Origin: Armatimonadota bacterium
GTDB taxonomy: Bacteria; Armatimonadota; UBA5829; DSUL01
Direction: 5' to 3'
Assembly: GCA_052033935.1 (NCBI GenBank)
Contig: JBPOJE010000011.1
Coordinates: 139,814-203,813 of the forward strand
DNA: 64,000 bases
Positions within the stretch are counted from its first letter, which is position 1; every line of letters starts with the position of its first letter. Below the pieces are notes generated by a model, which was not told the DNA's origin, did no database searches, and saw only the letters and a list, made by a program, of their open reading frames with translations. Of this stretch, positions 19,220 to 27,831 are shown piece by piece. The position numbers and the translations under genes were made by a program.

Positions 19220-20497
19220 CTACCCGGCGGCTATACTCTCCATGCCGCCCATATACGGCCGCAGCGCATCAGGAATCACCACGCTGCCGTCCTCTTGCTG
19301 GTAGTTCTCAAGGATGGCGATGAACGTCCGCGGGAGCGCGATGCCGCTTCCGTTGAGGGTATGCACAAACTCGGGCTTCGCCTGCGGCTCGGGACGGTAG
19401 CGAATGTTTCCCCTGCGCGCCTGATAGTCGGTGCAGTTCGAGACGCTCGACACCTCCAGCCACCGGTCCACGCCCGGCGCCCACACTTCGAGGTCGTACA
19501 TCTTTGTGGCCGCCTGCCCGATATCGCCCGCGCAGCAGTTCAGCACACGGTAGGGCAGCTCGAGCGTCTCGAGCACCGCGCGCGCATGCCCGAGCATCTC
19601 CTCCAGCGCATCGTAGCTGTCGTCGGGTTTGGTGAACTGGAACAGCTCCACCTTGTCGAACTGGTGCAGCCGCGTGAGGCCGCGAGTGTCCTTTCCCGCG
19701 GCCCCGGCCTCGCGCCGGAAGCTGGCGCAGTACGCGACATACTTCACGGGCAGCGACTCGGTGGGCAGAATCTCGTCCACATGGATTCCCGTGACCGGCG
19801 CCTCGGCTGTCGGGTTCAGCCACAGGTCGTCCAGTTCCACATGGTACATTTCCTCGGAAAACTTGGGCAGCTTCCCGCTGTCGTACATCACGACTGCGCG
19901 GGTTAAGAACGGCGGAAGCATCTCGATGTAGCCGTGGCGCGTGGTGTGCAGGTCGAGCATAAAGCCGATGAGCGCCCGCTCGAGGCGCGCGCCGGCCTTC
20001 TTGAACAGCGGGAACCCCGAGCCAGCGATCTTCGCCCCGCGCTCGAAGTCCACGATGTCGAGCGCTGTCGCGATCTCCCAGTGCGCCTTCGGTAAGAAGC
20101 CGAAGGAGCGCTGCGTGCCCCAGTGGTCAATCTCGACGTTGTCCGCGTCCGTGCGCCCTTCAGGAACGCTGGCGTGCGGCAGGTTCGGCAGTTCGGCCGC
20201 CTTCGCGTCCAGCGCCTTCTCCACGTCCGCAAGCTCCGCGTCGAGCTTCTTGATCTGTTCCGAGACGTCTTTCATCCGCGCAATGAGCGCCGCCGCGTCG
20301 CCCTTTTCCTTCTTTATGCGGGCGATGGCGTCGGACGCCTGGTTGCGCTGCGCCTTGAGGTCCTCTACGAACGAGATGAGCTTGCGCCGCCTCTCGTCCG
20401 TGGCGATCAGATCATCAACAGCGCCGCCATAGCCACGGCGGGCCAGGGCCTTGCGTACGGTATCGGGTTCTGAACGTATGAGTTTGATGTCGAGCAT
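19220..20497 (-). CDS. serS: Seryl-tRNA synthetase
   Basis: N-terminal coiled coil MLDIKLIRSEPDTVRKAL... and the class II core (GSGFPLFKKAGARLERALIGFMLD, TRLHQFDKVELF, GNIRYRP). ATG at 20497. Confidence 0.95.
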   Translation of the reverse strand: MLDIKLIRSEPDTVRKALARRGYGGAVDDLIATDERRRKLISFVEDLKAQRNQASDAIARIKKEKGDAAALIARMKDVSEQIKKLDAELADVEKALDAKAAELPNLPHASVPEGRTDADNVEIDHWGTQRSFGFLPKAHWEIATALDIVDFERGAKIAGSGFPLFKKAGARLERALIGFMLDLHTTRHGYIEMLPPFLTRAVVMYDSGKLPKFSEEMYHVELDDLWLNPTAEAPVTGIHVDEILPTESLPVKYVAYCASFRREAGAAGKDTRGLTRLHQFDKVELFQFTKPDDSYDALEEMLGHARAVLETLELPYRVLNCCAGDIGQAATKMYDLEVWAPGVDRWLEVSSVSNCTDYQARRGNIRYRPEPQAKPEFVHTLNGSGIALPRTFIAILENYQQEDGSVVIPDALRPYMGGMESIAAG

Positions 20498-20631
20498 GAT
20501 TATCAGGTTATGACCGAATTCCCTAGTTCGCTGCAGGCCGGCGAGACTCCTGCCCGCTGCTTCCGCGCATTTCGCCGCCGCCGGTGCTACAATGGCTGAG
20601 GCATTCACGCCATACGAAAGGAGACAGTGCC

Positions 20632-20753
20632 TTGCAGATTCGCCAGAGAGAGTTGAGACAGCGGCGCAAGCGCGTCCAGGAACGCAGAAAGCTGGAGCAG
20701 AAGGCGCAGGCCGCCGAGCAGCCGGCCCAGCCCCCGAAGTCCAAGAGCAAGTA
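20632..20753 (+). CDS. Possible 40-aa highly basic peptide (TTG start)
   Basis: AGGAGA 7 nt upstream of TTG. Frame reads MQIRQRELRQRRKRVQERRKLEQKAQAAEQPAQPPKSKSK*. Speculative. Confidence 0.25.
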
Positions 20754-20784
20754 GCCCCGGCCGGCCGCCGGTGAGGAGGACGGA

Positions 20785-21093
20785 ATGATCGTTACGACCA
20801 CGCCCACCATCGAGGGGCAGCCTATCCGCAAGTACCTCGGCATTGTGACGGGAGAAGCGATTGTCGGGGCAAACATCTTCAAGGATCTCTTCGCGGGAAT
20901 CACGGACATCGTGGGGGGCCGCGCCGCGGCATACGAACAGGAGCTTCAGCACGCCCGGACCATCGCCACACGCGAACTCGAGGAGCGCGCCGCCCAGATG
21001 GGCACAAACGCGGTGGTGGGGGTAGACCTCGATTACGAAGTGATCGGCTCTATGCTGATGGTTTCCGTTAGCGGCACGGCGGTGCAGGTGTAG
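20785..21093 (+). CDS. YbjQ/UPF0145 family protein
   Basis: [52 protein letters not shown]... is the canonical YbjQ fold sequence. GAGGAGGA RBS upstream. Confidence 0.9.
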   Translation: MIVTTTPTIEGQPIRKYLGIVTGEAIVGANIFKDLFAGITDIVGGRAAAYEQELQHARTIATRELEERAAQMGTNAVVGVDLDYEVIGSMLMVSVSGTAVQV

Positions 21094-21120
21094 GCGAGCC
21101 CTTCCGGGACCCAAAGTTGA

Positions 21121-21166
21121 AACAGGCCCCGGCTTCTCAAGCTGAGAAGGGGGCCTGTTCTTTTCG
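21121..21166 (+). terminator. Rho-independent terminator after the YbjQ-family gene
   Basis: aacaggcccc / ggggcctgtt 10-bp stem around a palindromic loop, followed by cttttc. Confidence 0.6.
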
Positions 21167-21191
21167 TAAAGCCGCGGCACGCCGCCGCTGC

Positions 21192-22220
21192 TCAGCCCGG
21201 GTTAGAGCCTGCCGGAGCGTACCGCTTGAAGAAAAGCTGGCGGATTAGTTCCCGCGCCTCGGTTCTGCCCATCTGAAGCGCCGCCCCGCGGGGTGTCACG
21301 GGCAACGTCTCGAACCGCATGCCCCCCGCCGCGAGCTGCCGCCCGAAGTTCGCCAGGCATATCGCCTGCGCGGGCGTCAGCGAAGTCTGGCTGCCCTTGT
21401 GCACCATCGCCAGAACCCCCGGCAGCTTCAGCAGATTCTCCGGCTTCGTGAACTCAGCCCTCATGCTCGTAAGAAGCTGCTGTTGCCGCGCAATCCTCTG
21501 AATATCGCTGTCCGCATGCCCGTCGTTGGAATGACGGTAGCGCACCAGCCCGAGGGCCTGATTGCCGTTCAGCACCTGCGGTCCGGGCTTGAGGTGGATG
21601 TGCAGGTTGCCCCAGTTGTCGTCGTAGTCCAGCCTCTTGTCCACGTTGATCGGCACTCCGCCAAGCTCATCAATAATCATTTCGAACATGCCGTAGTTGA
21701 TCATCATGTACTGCCCGGCACGCACGCCCGTCAGCTTCTGGACGGCCGCCGCGGCGAGCGGCGGGCCTCCGTAGGCGTTTGCGGCATTGATCTTGCGCTT
21801 GCCGCGATAGCCCGGAATCTCGGCGAGCGTGTCCCGAGGAATGGAGAGCAGGCTGACCCGCTTGCCGGAGAAGTCCACCTGGGCGAGCAAGATCGTGTCG
21901 GTGCGGCCGCGAGTCCGCATAATCTGGCCGCGGTTGTCCCGATCCTCGTCCTTGCCGAGAAGCAGGATGTTTACGCTGTCCTTTCCGGGGAATGATTTGG
22001 CCGGGTCGAGACCTCCGCTCAGGGCGACCTGCACCACCTGCCGGAGGGGAGGGTTCTTCATCACGTACCAGGCACCCGTTCCACCCGCGGCCAGGACGGC
22101 CAGCAGCAGAAGAAGAAGCGCCCAGCGAAAAATGCGGGAGAGGAGCGAACGCTTCCGCCTTCGCTTCTTCCCGGAGGGAGCAGCAACGGCGGCGGCGCGG
22201 CGAGAGTTGTGTTCAGACAT
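21192..22220 (-). CDS. LytR-CpsA-Psr (LCP) family cell-envelope phosphotransferase
   Basis: N-terminal basic tail plus TM helix. LCP core (ILLLGKDEDR...RTDTILLAQVD...SIPRDT...GYRGKRKINAANAYGG). AAGGAGG RBS upstream of ATG 22220. Confidence 0.9.
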   Translation of the reverse strand: MSEHNSRRAAAVAAPSGKKRRRKRSLLSRIFRWALLLLLLAVLAAGGTGAWYVMKNPPLRQVVQVALSGGLDPAKSFPGKDSVNILLLGKDEDRDNRGQIMRTRGRTDTILLAQVDFSGKRVSLLSIPRDTLAEIPGYRGKRKINAANAYGGPPLAAAAVQKLTGVRAGQYMMINYGMFEMIIDELGGVPINVDKRLDYDDNWGNLHIHLKPGPQVLNGNQALGLVRYRHSNDGHADSDIQRIARQQQLLTSMRAEFTKPENLLKLPGVLAMVHKGSQTSLTPAQAICLANFGRQLAAGGMRFETLPVTPRGAALQMGRTEARELIRQLFFKRYAPAGSNPG

Positions 22221-22278
22221 CAGGGATCAGCCTCCTTGGCTTTTTGCCAGAATTCAGACGCGCGCTTATGGATTGTCA

Positions 22279-22392
22279 ACCGACTGCGCCTCTTGGGTGG
22301 GCGCTGCAGTGCGGCCTGGAAATGGATCCCGGATGCAAGGACATCTTAGCCACAGCACAACGGCCAGGTCAACAGAACCCGGCCGTTTTTTC
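22279..22392 (+). ncRNA. Candidate small RNA (promoter plus intrinsic terminator with no ORF)
   Basis: TTGCCA-N17-TATGGA at 22244-22272. Hairpin acggcc...ggccgt followed by TTTTTT at 22360-22392 on the plus strand. Both flanking genes are on the minus strand. Confidence 0.3.
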
Positions 22393-22424
22393 ACTAGTTT
22401 TGCAGGGGCGCCTGCCGCGGCGGA

Positions 22425-23618
22425 CTAAAGGAGGTCGCTGCGCTTCAGCACGAGGTCTGTCTGGAGAAGTCTGGCATCGCCCTGCTTCACGAGATAGGGC
22501 TGTTCCGCGAGCGCACTGCCCTTCCAGCCAAGAACATCCCTGACTTCGCGCGGCGTCTTCCTGGGGTCGAGCGTGAACGTAGCAACGTACTCCTCGGCCT
22601 TCAGCGGATAAATCGCGGAATCGCGCTCGATGTCTATCGTCCGGTTGAACTTGCCGTCGCGCACGTAGAGGTCGTCAATCAGGATGGTCCGCGACTGGTC
22701 AATGTCCCACCGGAATCTGCCGAAGAATGCTTCCTTGAATCCCCTGTCCGCGATTTGTAGCCGCACTCTGCAGCCGTTGGGCACGTTGATGACGCCCCAC
22801 ACCCGGAACTTCCTCGGCGCGATGCGCTCCCAGTGAGCCTCAAACTTCGCGTTGTACGTGGGCGTCAGCTTCGCCCGGGTCTCTTTCTCACGAAGGACCA
22901 GCGCCAGGTTGTTGCGCGCGACATCCACCATAATCTGGTTGCCGTCTTCTCTGGCGTATCGCCGCGCATACTCTTCGTTTGCCCGGATGTTCTCCTGCCA
23001 CTGGCGGATCGCCGCATCAACGTCGCCGGAGTTCTCGTAGGCATGCGCCAGGGTGTGCCCCACGAACTGCGGCCGCGTCTTCCTGCGCCCGGTCGCGGGG
23101 TCCACGGCGTCCCTGATGTTGGCCTCTCTGAACCACTTCGCGGATTCAGCGTAGTCGAGGACTTTGTTGAAGTTCAGCCACCCGAGCTGGAAGTACATAT
23201 CGTACGTGCGCGGGTTGTTCTGTATTCCCTCACGCAGCAACGCCTTGGACGCCGGGATATAGCGCCGGTCCGAGCGTTCCTGAGAGTCCGTGAAGTTGTA
23301 CGACAGGTGCCACGCCCCCGTTTCGTACACGTTCATCTGGTGCGGGTCCAGCCAGGTGACTATGCGCACCATCGGGATGATGGCGTCGTAGTTGCCCTCG
23401 TGAAAAAACTCGTCGGTGCGAACCCACAGCAGACCGCCCACAACCTCTTTGAGCCCAATAAGCGTGGCAGCGATAAACTGCGTGCCAAGCTGGATGTTCG
23501 TCACCTTGCCAGGCTGGTATTTGGCGCGCAGGGGATCGAGATGGACCTGCATGGCCGCCACGAAAGCGAACAGGACGACAACCAGACCGATCAGAAAGGC
23601 TCTTTTGCCCTGACTCAT
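22425..23618 (-). CDS. Membrane-anchored hypothetical protein
   Basis: MSQGKRAFLIGLVVVLFAFVAAMQ signal-anchor. ATG 23618 sits 8 nt after the upstream permease stop. Confidence 0.65.
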   Translation of the reverse strand: MSQGKRAFLIGLVVVLFAFVAAMQVHLDPLRAKYQPGKVTNIQLGTQFIAATLIGLKEVVGGLLWVRTDEFFHEGNYDAIIPMVRIVTWLDPHQMNVYETGAWHLSYNFTDSQERSDRRYIPASKALLREGIQNNPRTYDMYFQLGWLNFNKVLDYAESAKWFREANIRDAVDPATGRRKTRPQFVGHTLAHAYENSGDVDAAIRQWQENIRANEEYARRYAREDGNQIMVDVARNNLALVLREKETRAKLTPTYNAKFEAHWERIAPRKFRVWGVINVPNGCRVRLQIADRGFKEAFFGRFRWDIDQSRTILIDDLYVRDGKFNRTIDIERDSAIYPLKAEEYVATFTLDPRKTPREVRDVLGWKGSALAEQPYLVKQGDARLLQTDLVLKRSDLL

Positions 23619-23625
23619 GATCGTC

Positions 23626-24465
23626 CTAGACCTCCTTGCGCTGGAACACCAGAACACCAAGCACCACGAGGATTATCGTATAGGCGAGTCCGTAGAGGGC
23701 AGCCTTAAGCATATACATCCCGATGTCCGCCTGCGGGACGTCCGGATGGATGAGCGGATTCTGGATATCGTAGTTCCCGAAGTTCGGGACGAGCACATGA
23801 ATCGCCTTGTAGAGAGGCCTCAGCACAGCGGCGGTTTTCGGGCTGCTCGCCATGGACTCGGTGACGCTTGACAGGTTGCCGACGATGAACACGGCGGAAG
23901 ACAGGAAGAAGTTCACCGTCATGCTCATGAACACCGAGAAGAAGATGACGACAGCGGCGAGAAGCAACAGCTTCATATACACCATCGCGATGCCGCCCAT
24001 CAGACCGGGGATCTCCGACGACCACTGCCAGAGGCCGAGGAACCCCTTGAAGTCGTAGTTCCCGAGCGCCGTAAACGCCTGAGCGTTCGTCTTGGCGGCA
24101 AAAACGAGAAGAAACGCCGCACCCATGAGAAAAATGTTGAGCGCCAGCGTGAGTGCCGCGCCCAGGAAGCGCCCCACGATGTACTCGTGCCGTTTGACCG
24201 GCTTGGAGAGGATGGTGTAGATCGTCCGCTGGTCCACATCGGCAGGTATCAGGGTAATACCCATGATGATCGCGATGAAGATGCCCCAGAACTGCACCAT
24301 CCCGAGGCCGAAGCTCTTGAGGATGGTGACCTGCTGCCGAAAGTCGAGAAACGGAAAGGTCAGAGAAATGATGACCGAACCGAGCGCCAGAATCAGAAAG
24401 ACGTTCAGAATCTTGCGGCGCATCGCCTCGCCCAGAGTGTTCTTGGCAATCACCCAGGTTATCAC
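23626..24465 (-). CDS. ABC-2 type transporter permease
   Basis: Six predicted TM helices and ABC-2 family pattern. ATGA overlap (24462-24465) with the ATPase gene. Confidence 0.85.
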   Translation of the reverse strand: MITWVIAKNTLGEAMRRKILNVFLILALGSVIISLTFPFLDFRQQVTILKSFGLGMVQFWGIFIAIIMGITLIPADVDQRTIYTILSKPVKRHEYIVGRFLGAALTLALNIFLMGAAFLLVFAAKTNAQAFTALGNYDFKGFLGLWQWSSEIPGLMGGIAMVYMKLLLLAAVVIFFSVFMSMTVNFFLSSAVFIVGNLSSVTESMASSPKTAAVLRPLYKAIHVLVPNFGNYDIQNPLIHPDVPQADIGMYMLKAALYGLAYTIILVVLGVLVFQRKEV

Positions 24466-25424
24466 TGTGGCAGGCTCCCTTCCAGCGACAGGTCAGCGGC
24501 CGGCATGCCAGCCTGCTGAATGGTTTCGATGAAAATATCCTCTAGAGTCCTCTGCGACGGCGTCACCGCCACGATGTGCCCTCCGTTTTGCACAACCACA
24601 TCAACGAGACGGTTGACCTGGTCCGGCTCGACCCGCGCACTGAGCACGTCCTCCACAAAGAAGGCATCCGGGGCGACCTCCTTGACCTTTGCAAGAGCGG
24701 CGTCGGACACTTTCCCGGCCCGCACCTCTGTGGTCTGCCCGGCAAGCAGTTCCTTGAGGGCGCCGACCTTGAGGACTTTGCCCCGGTTCATAATGGAGAC
24801 CCGGTCGCAGACCATCTCAACGTCTGATAGCTGGTGGGAACTCAGAAACACGGTGCGGCCTTCCTCACGAAGCCGCAGGATCAGGTCGCGGATTTCGAGG
24901 TGCGCGATGGGGTCGAGGCCGGATGTCGGCTCGTCCAGAAACAGCACCCGGGGGTCGTTGACGAGCGCCTGCGCGAGTCCGATGCGCTGCAGCATGCCCT
25001 TGGAGTAGAACCTCAGACGCTTGTGCATGTTGCTCGCGAGGCCGACCTGTTCGAGCAGTTCGCTAACGCGGGCTTTTCGCTTCTGAGCCGGAATCCTGAA
25101 AAGAGTTCCGTAGAAGTCCAAAACTTCGAAGCCCGTCATGTGCTCATAAAAATAGGGCGTCTCGGGAAGATACGATATCTTGCGTTTGGCGTCTATATCG
25201 CCCGCCGGCTGCCCAAGGATATAGGCGGTGCCCGAATCCGGGAAGATCAGCCCGAGGAGCATTTTGATGGTTGTGGTCTTGCCAGCGCCGTTAGGGCCAA
25301 GAAAGCCGAATATCTGGCCTTCCGGGACGTCCAGCGTGATGTGATCCACGGCAACCACGTCTTCCTTTGTGAGCACATTGTGGAAAGACTTGGTCAGGTC
25401 ACGGATTTCAATCGCGTTTTCCAT
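24462..25424 (-). CDS. ABC transporter ATP-binding protein
   Basis: Walker A GPNGAGKTT, signature LSKGMLQRIGLAQAL, Walker B VLFLDEPTSGLD, H-loop. ATG at 25424 (MENAIEIRDLTKSF). Confidence 0.9.
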   Translation of the reverse strand: MENAIEIRDLTKSFHNVLTKEDVVAVDHITLDVPEGQIFGFLGPNGAGKTTTIKMLLGLIFPDSGTAYILGQPAGDIDAKRKISYLPETPYFYEHMTGFEVLDFYGTLFRIPAQKRKARVSELLEQVGLASNMHKRLRFYSKGMLQRIGLAQALVNDPRVLFLDEPTSGLDPIAHLEIRDLILRLREEGRTVFLSSHQLSDVEMVCDRVSIMNRGKVLKVGALKELLAGQTTEVRAGKVSDAALAKVKEVAPDAFFVEDVLSARVEPDQVNRLVDVVVQNGGHIVAVTPSQRTLEDIFIETIQQAGMPAADLSLEGSLPQ

Positions 25425-25788
25425 ATTAAGAGCAGTCTGCCTTCCCTTTGGCGGCCGCCGCGCAGGTGGACGAGCAGCGCCTAGTAGTAATACGTCGAAT
25501 TGCGCAGAAAAGTTCTGACGCGGGCGCGGCAGGGCGGCTGTTTTAGCAGTACGAGCGGGAGTATACGCCGCCGGGGGGTGGGTGTCAATGCGCAAGACAT
25601 GGCGTGCTGCTGCGGGCGGCGTCATAATAGTAAATTGGGCGGAGGGAATGCGGCCGAGGCCGGAAGGCATCCCGCGGATTCCCACGCCTGCCATTTCTTA
25701 CCGATACCGGAAACAACACCCGACTGTGGGGACGGCGCAGCAGTCCCTGCTTGGAAGGGCGCATCCCGACGTGGAGGATATTGCAGCA

Positions 25789-26502
25789 ATGAAGTTGTCC
25801 AGGCATTTCCCCAGGACCCTCGCGGTTCTCGCCATCGTAGGCATTCTGGCGATCGTGTGCACCCCGGCCGCCACAGCCGATCCGAAGATTCAAATCAACC
25901 CCAAGTACGATTTCGGCACTGTGGCTCAGGGCACGAAGGTGGACATGAAGTACGACCTGAAGAACGTGGGGGACGCTCCGCTGAAGATCGGCCCCATCCA
26001 CCCGTCGTGCGGCTGCACTGACGTAACCAGCACACTGAACGTGGTGCCTCCGGGAAAGACTGCGTCCATCAAGGCCGTCTTCAATTCGGGCGGATACCGC
26101 GGCAAGGTCACCAAGACCATCGCCGTGCAGACAAACGACCCGCAGAACCAGAACGTGCAACTGGTGCTGTCCGGCTACGTTCAGCCGCAGGTCGAGGTGA
26201 TGCCGTCCAACGTCAACTTTGGCAAACTGGTGAAAGGCAAGACGTTCTCACAGACCGTGATCGTGAAGGCGTTCAAGCCCGCCGGGTTCCAGGTCACAGG
26301 CGTTGAGACACACTCGAACATCATCTCCGCTGGCCCCGCCCGCAAGTCGGCGCGCGTGGCCGGCGCCTGGGAGATCCCGATAACCATCAACTCGGCCAAT
26401 GCGAACATCGGCCGCATTTTCGACACGATCACTGTCAAGACGAACCGTGAAAGCCAAGGGGTGACGATCATCCGGGTGCTTGGCAGCATCGTCGCAAAGT
26501 AG
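25789..26502 (+). CDS. DUF1573 domain protein (secreted or membrane-anchored)
   Basis: Signal-anchor MKLSRHFPRTLAVLAIVGILAIV. FGTVAQGTKVDMKYDLKNVGDAPLKIGPIHPSCGCT matches the DUF1573 signature. Confidence 0.8.
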   Translation: MKLSRHFPRTLAVLAIVGILAIVCTPAATADPKIQINPKYDFGTVAQGTKVDMKYDLKNVGDAPLKIGPIHPSCGCTDVTSTLNVVPPGKTASIKAVFNSGGYRGKVTKTIAVQTNDPQNQNVQLVLSGYVQPQVEVMPSNVNFGKLVKGKTFSQTVIVKAFKPAGFQVTGVETHSNIISAGPARKSARVAGAWEIPITINSANANIGRIFDTITVKTNRESQGVTIIRVLGSIVAK

Positions 26503-26517
26503 CGCACGAGCCGCGGC

Positions 26518-26991
26518 TTGAGACCAACTTTCGCTTCATCCATCGCCGCCGCGCTGCTGATCGTGTTCGGCGGCACGGCGCTCGGCCTGATTGCCAACGC
26601 CGCGGCGCCGAAGGGCATCCCGGTCGTTACCCCTCCCCTGCCTGCGGCCGCCCCGGAGATACCGTTCGAGGACGCGTGGGCGGCGTTTGACGACGGGAAC
26701 GCGGTGTTTATTGACTCGCGTCCGATGGAGGAGTACCGGGACGGCCATATCGCGGGTGCACTGTGCGTGCCTTACGGCGACCGGAAAGACCACGTCGAGA
26801 GCCTGCGGCGGGAGGTACCCCTCGATAGGCAGGTGATCGCCTACTGCGATGCCGCCGACGAATGCGAGTCCTCCAAGCGGCTGAGCGGCTGGCTGCTGCA
26901 ACAGGGCTGGAGAAACGTGCGGTTTTTCGGCGAGGGTTACCCCGCCTGGCGTGATGCCGGCCTGCCCGTCATCGAAGGAGAAGAGCCTTGA
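26518..26991 (+). CDS. Rhodanese-like domain protein (membrane-anchored)
   Basis: TM helix followed by a rhodanese fold (AVFIDSRPMEEYRDGHIAGALCVP...IAYCDAADEC). The only in-frame start before the helix is TTG at 26518. Confidence 0.7.
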   Translation: MRPTFASSIAAALLIVFGGTALGLIANAAAPKGIPVVTPPLPAAAPEIPFEDAWAAFDDGNAVFIDSRPMEEYRDGHIAGALCVPYGDRKDHVESLRREVPLDRQVIAYCDAADECESSKRLSGWLLQQGWRNVRFFGEGYPAWRDAGLPVIEGEEP

Positions 26992-27449
26992 CCGCGCGGC
27001 GGATTGCCTTCGTACTCAGGCTGTTTCTCGGGGGCTTGCTCGTGTATGCGAGCCATGACAAGCTGTTCGACCCGCAGCCGTTCGCGAACGCTGTGGACAA
27101 CTACCAGATCCTTCCGTACTCCCTTGTGAACCTGGCGGCGATTGTGCTGCCGTGGATCGAAATGGTGACGGGGCTGTGCCTGATTGCCGGTGTTTTCGCT
27201 CCGGGCGCGGGGCTGGTGGCGACGGGCATGTTCGCGGTGTTTACGGTTGCGCTGGTGAGCGCAGTACTTCGCGGGCTGAACATCAACTGCGGATGCTTCA
27301 GTCTGGAGGAGGGAGCTGAGAAGGTCTCGTGGCTTGCGGCGGGTGGACGCGCGGTTCTGACGGCGGCGGGTGTCTTCGTGACGCTCAACAGCCTGCAGAC
27401 CGACTGGCCGGCGGCGTGGTTCAAGAAGCCGCGCAGAGAGAAGGAGTGA
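26988..27449 (+). CDS. MauE/DoxX family membrane protein
   Basis: Four TM helices and DoxX/MauE-like sequence. TTG start overlapping the rhodanese stop. Confidence 0.65.
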   Translation: MTARRIAFVLRLFLGGLLVYASHDKLFDPQPFANAVDNYQILPYSLVNLAAIVLPWIEMVTGLCLIAGVFAPGAGLVATGMFAVFTVALVSAVLRGLNINCGCFSLEEGAEKVSWLAAGGRAVLTAAGVFVTLNSLQTDWPAAWFKKPRREKE

Positions 27450-27454
27450 GGCGC

Positions 27455-27634
27455 ATGCGCGTAGCCTGTCCTGTCTGCTGGCATTCCGTTGTGACCACCG
27501 TTGTTTGCCAGTCGTGCGGCCTGATTCAGTGCATCGAGCATGAGGGGCCCGCATGCATTGCCTGCGGCGGACCGTGCAAGCCGTCGCCCGCGCCCGGGGA
27601 AACGAAAGCTGAGGAGGACGCCGCGCCGGACTGA
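27455..27634 (+). CDS. Small cysteine-rich (zinc-ribbon-like) protein
   Basis: MRVACPVCWHSVVTTVVCQSCGLIQCIEHEGPACIACGGPC... AAGGAG 9 nt upstream of the ATG. Confidence 0.45.
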   Translation: MRVACPVCWHSVVTTVVCQSCGLIQCIEHEGPACIACGGPCKPSPAPGETKAEEDAAPD

Positions 27635-27831
27635 GCCGGACTCCGGGTCAGGCCTGGAATGACGCAGTCACCACACCACGTCATGCCGAACTTGATTCAG
27701 CGCCCATCCCGACTGGGTCCCGGATCAAGTCCGGGATGACGTGGGGGCATGGGGACGCGGGGCGCGGGGTCGCGAAATGGCGTGTGGCGCGCTCGGTGGA
27801 TGTGGTATTATGCATGCCGAGTGCGCCGGAG

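Noticed and set aside
22360-22392. Hairpin as the terminator of the minus-strand gene 22425-23618
   Set aside because: The U-tract is on the plus strand only; on the minus strand the A-run precedes the stem. So it is better read as a plus-strand terminator, possibly of the sRNA candidate.
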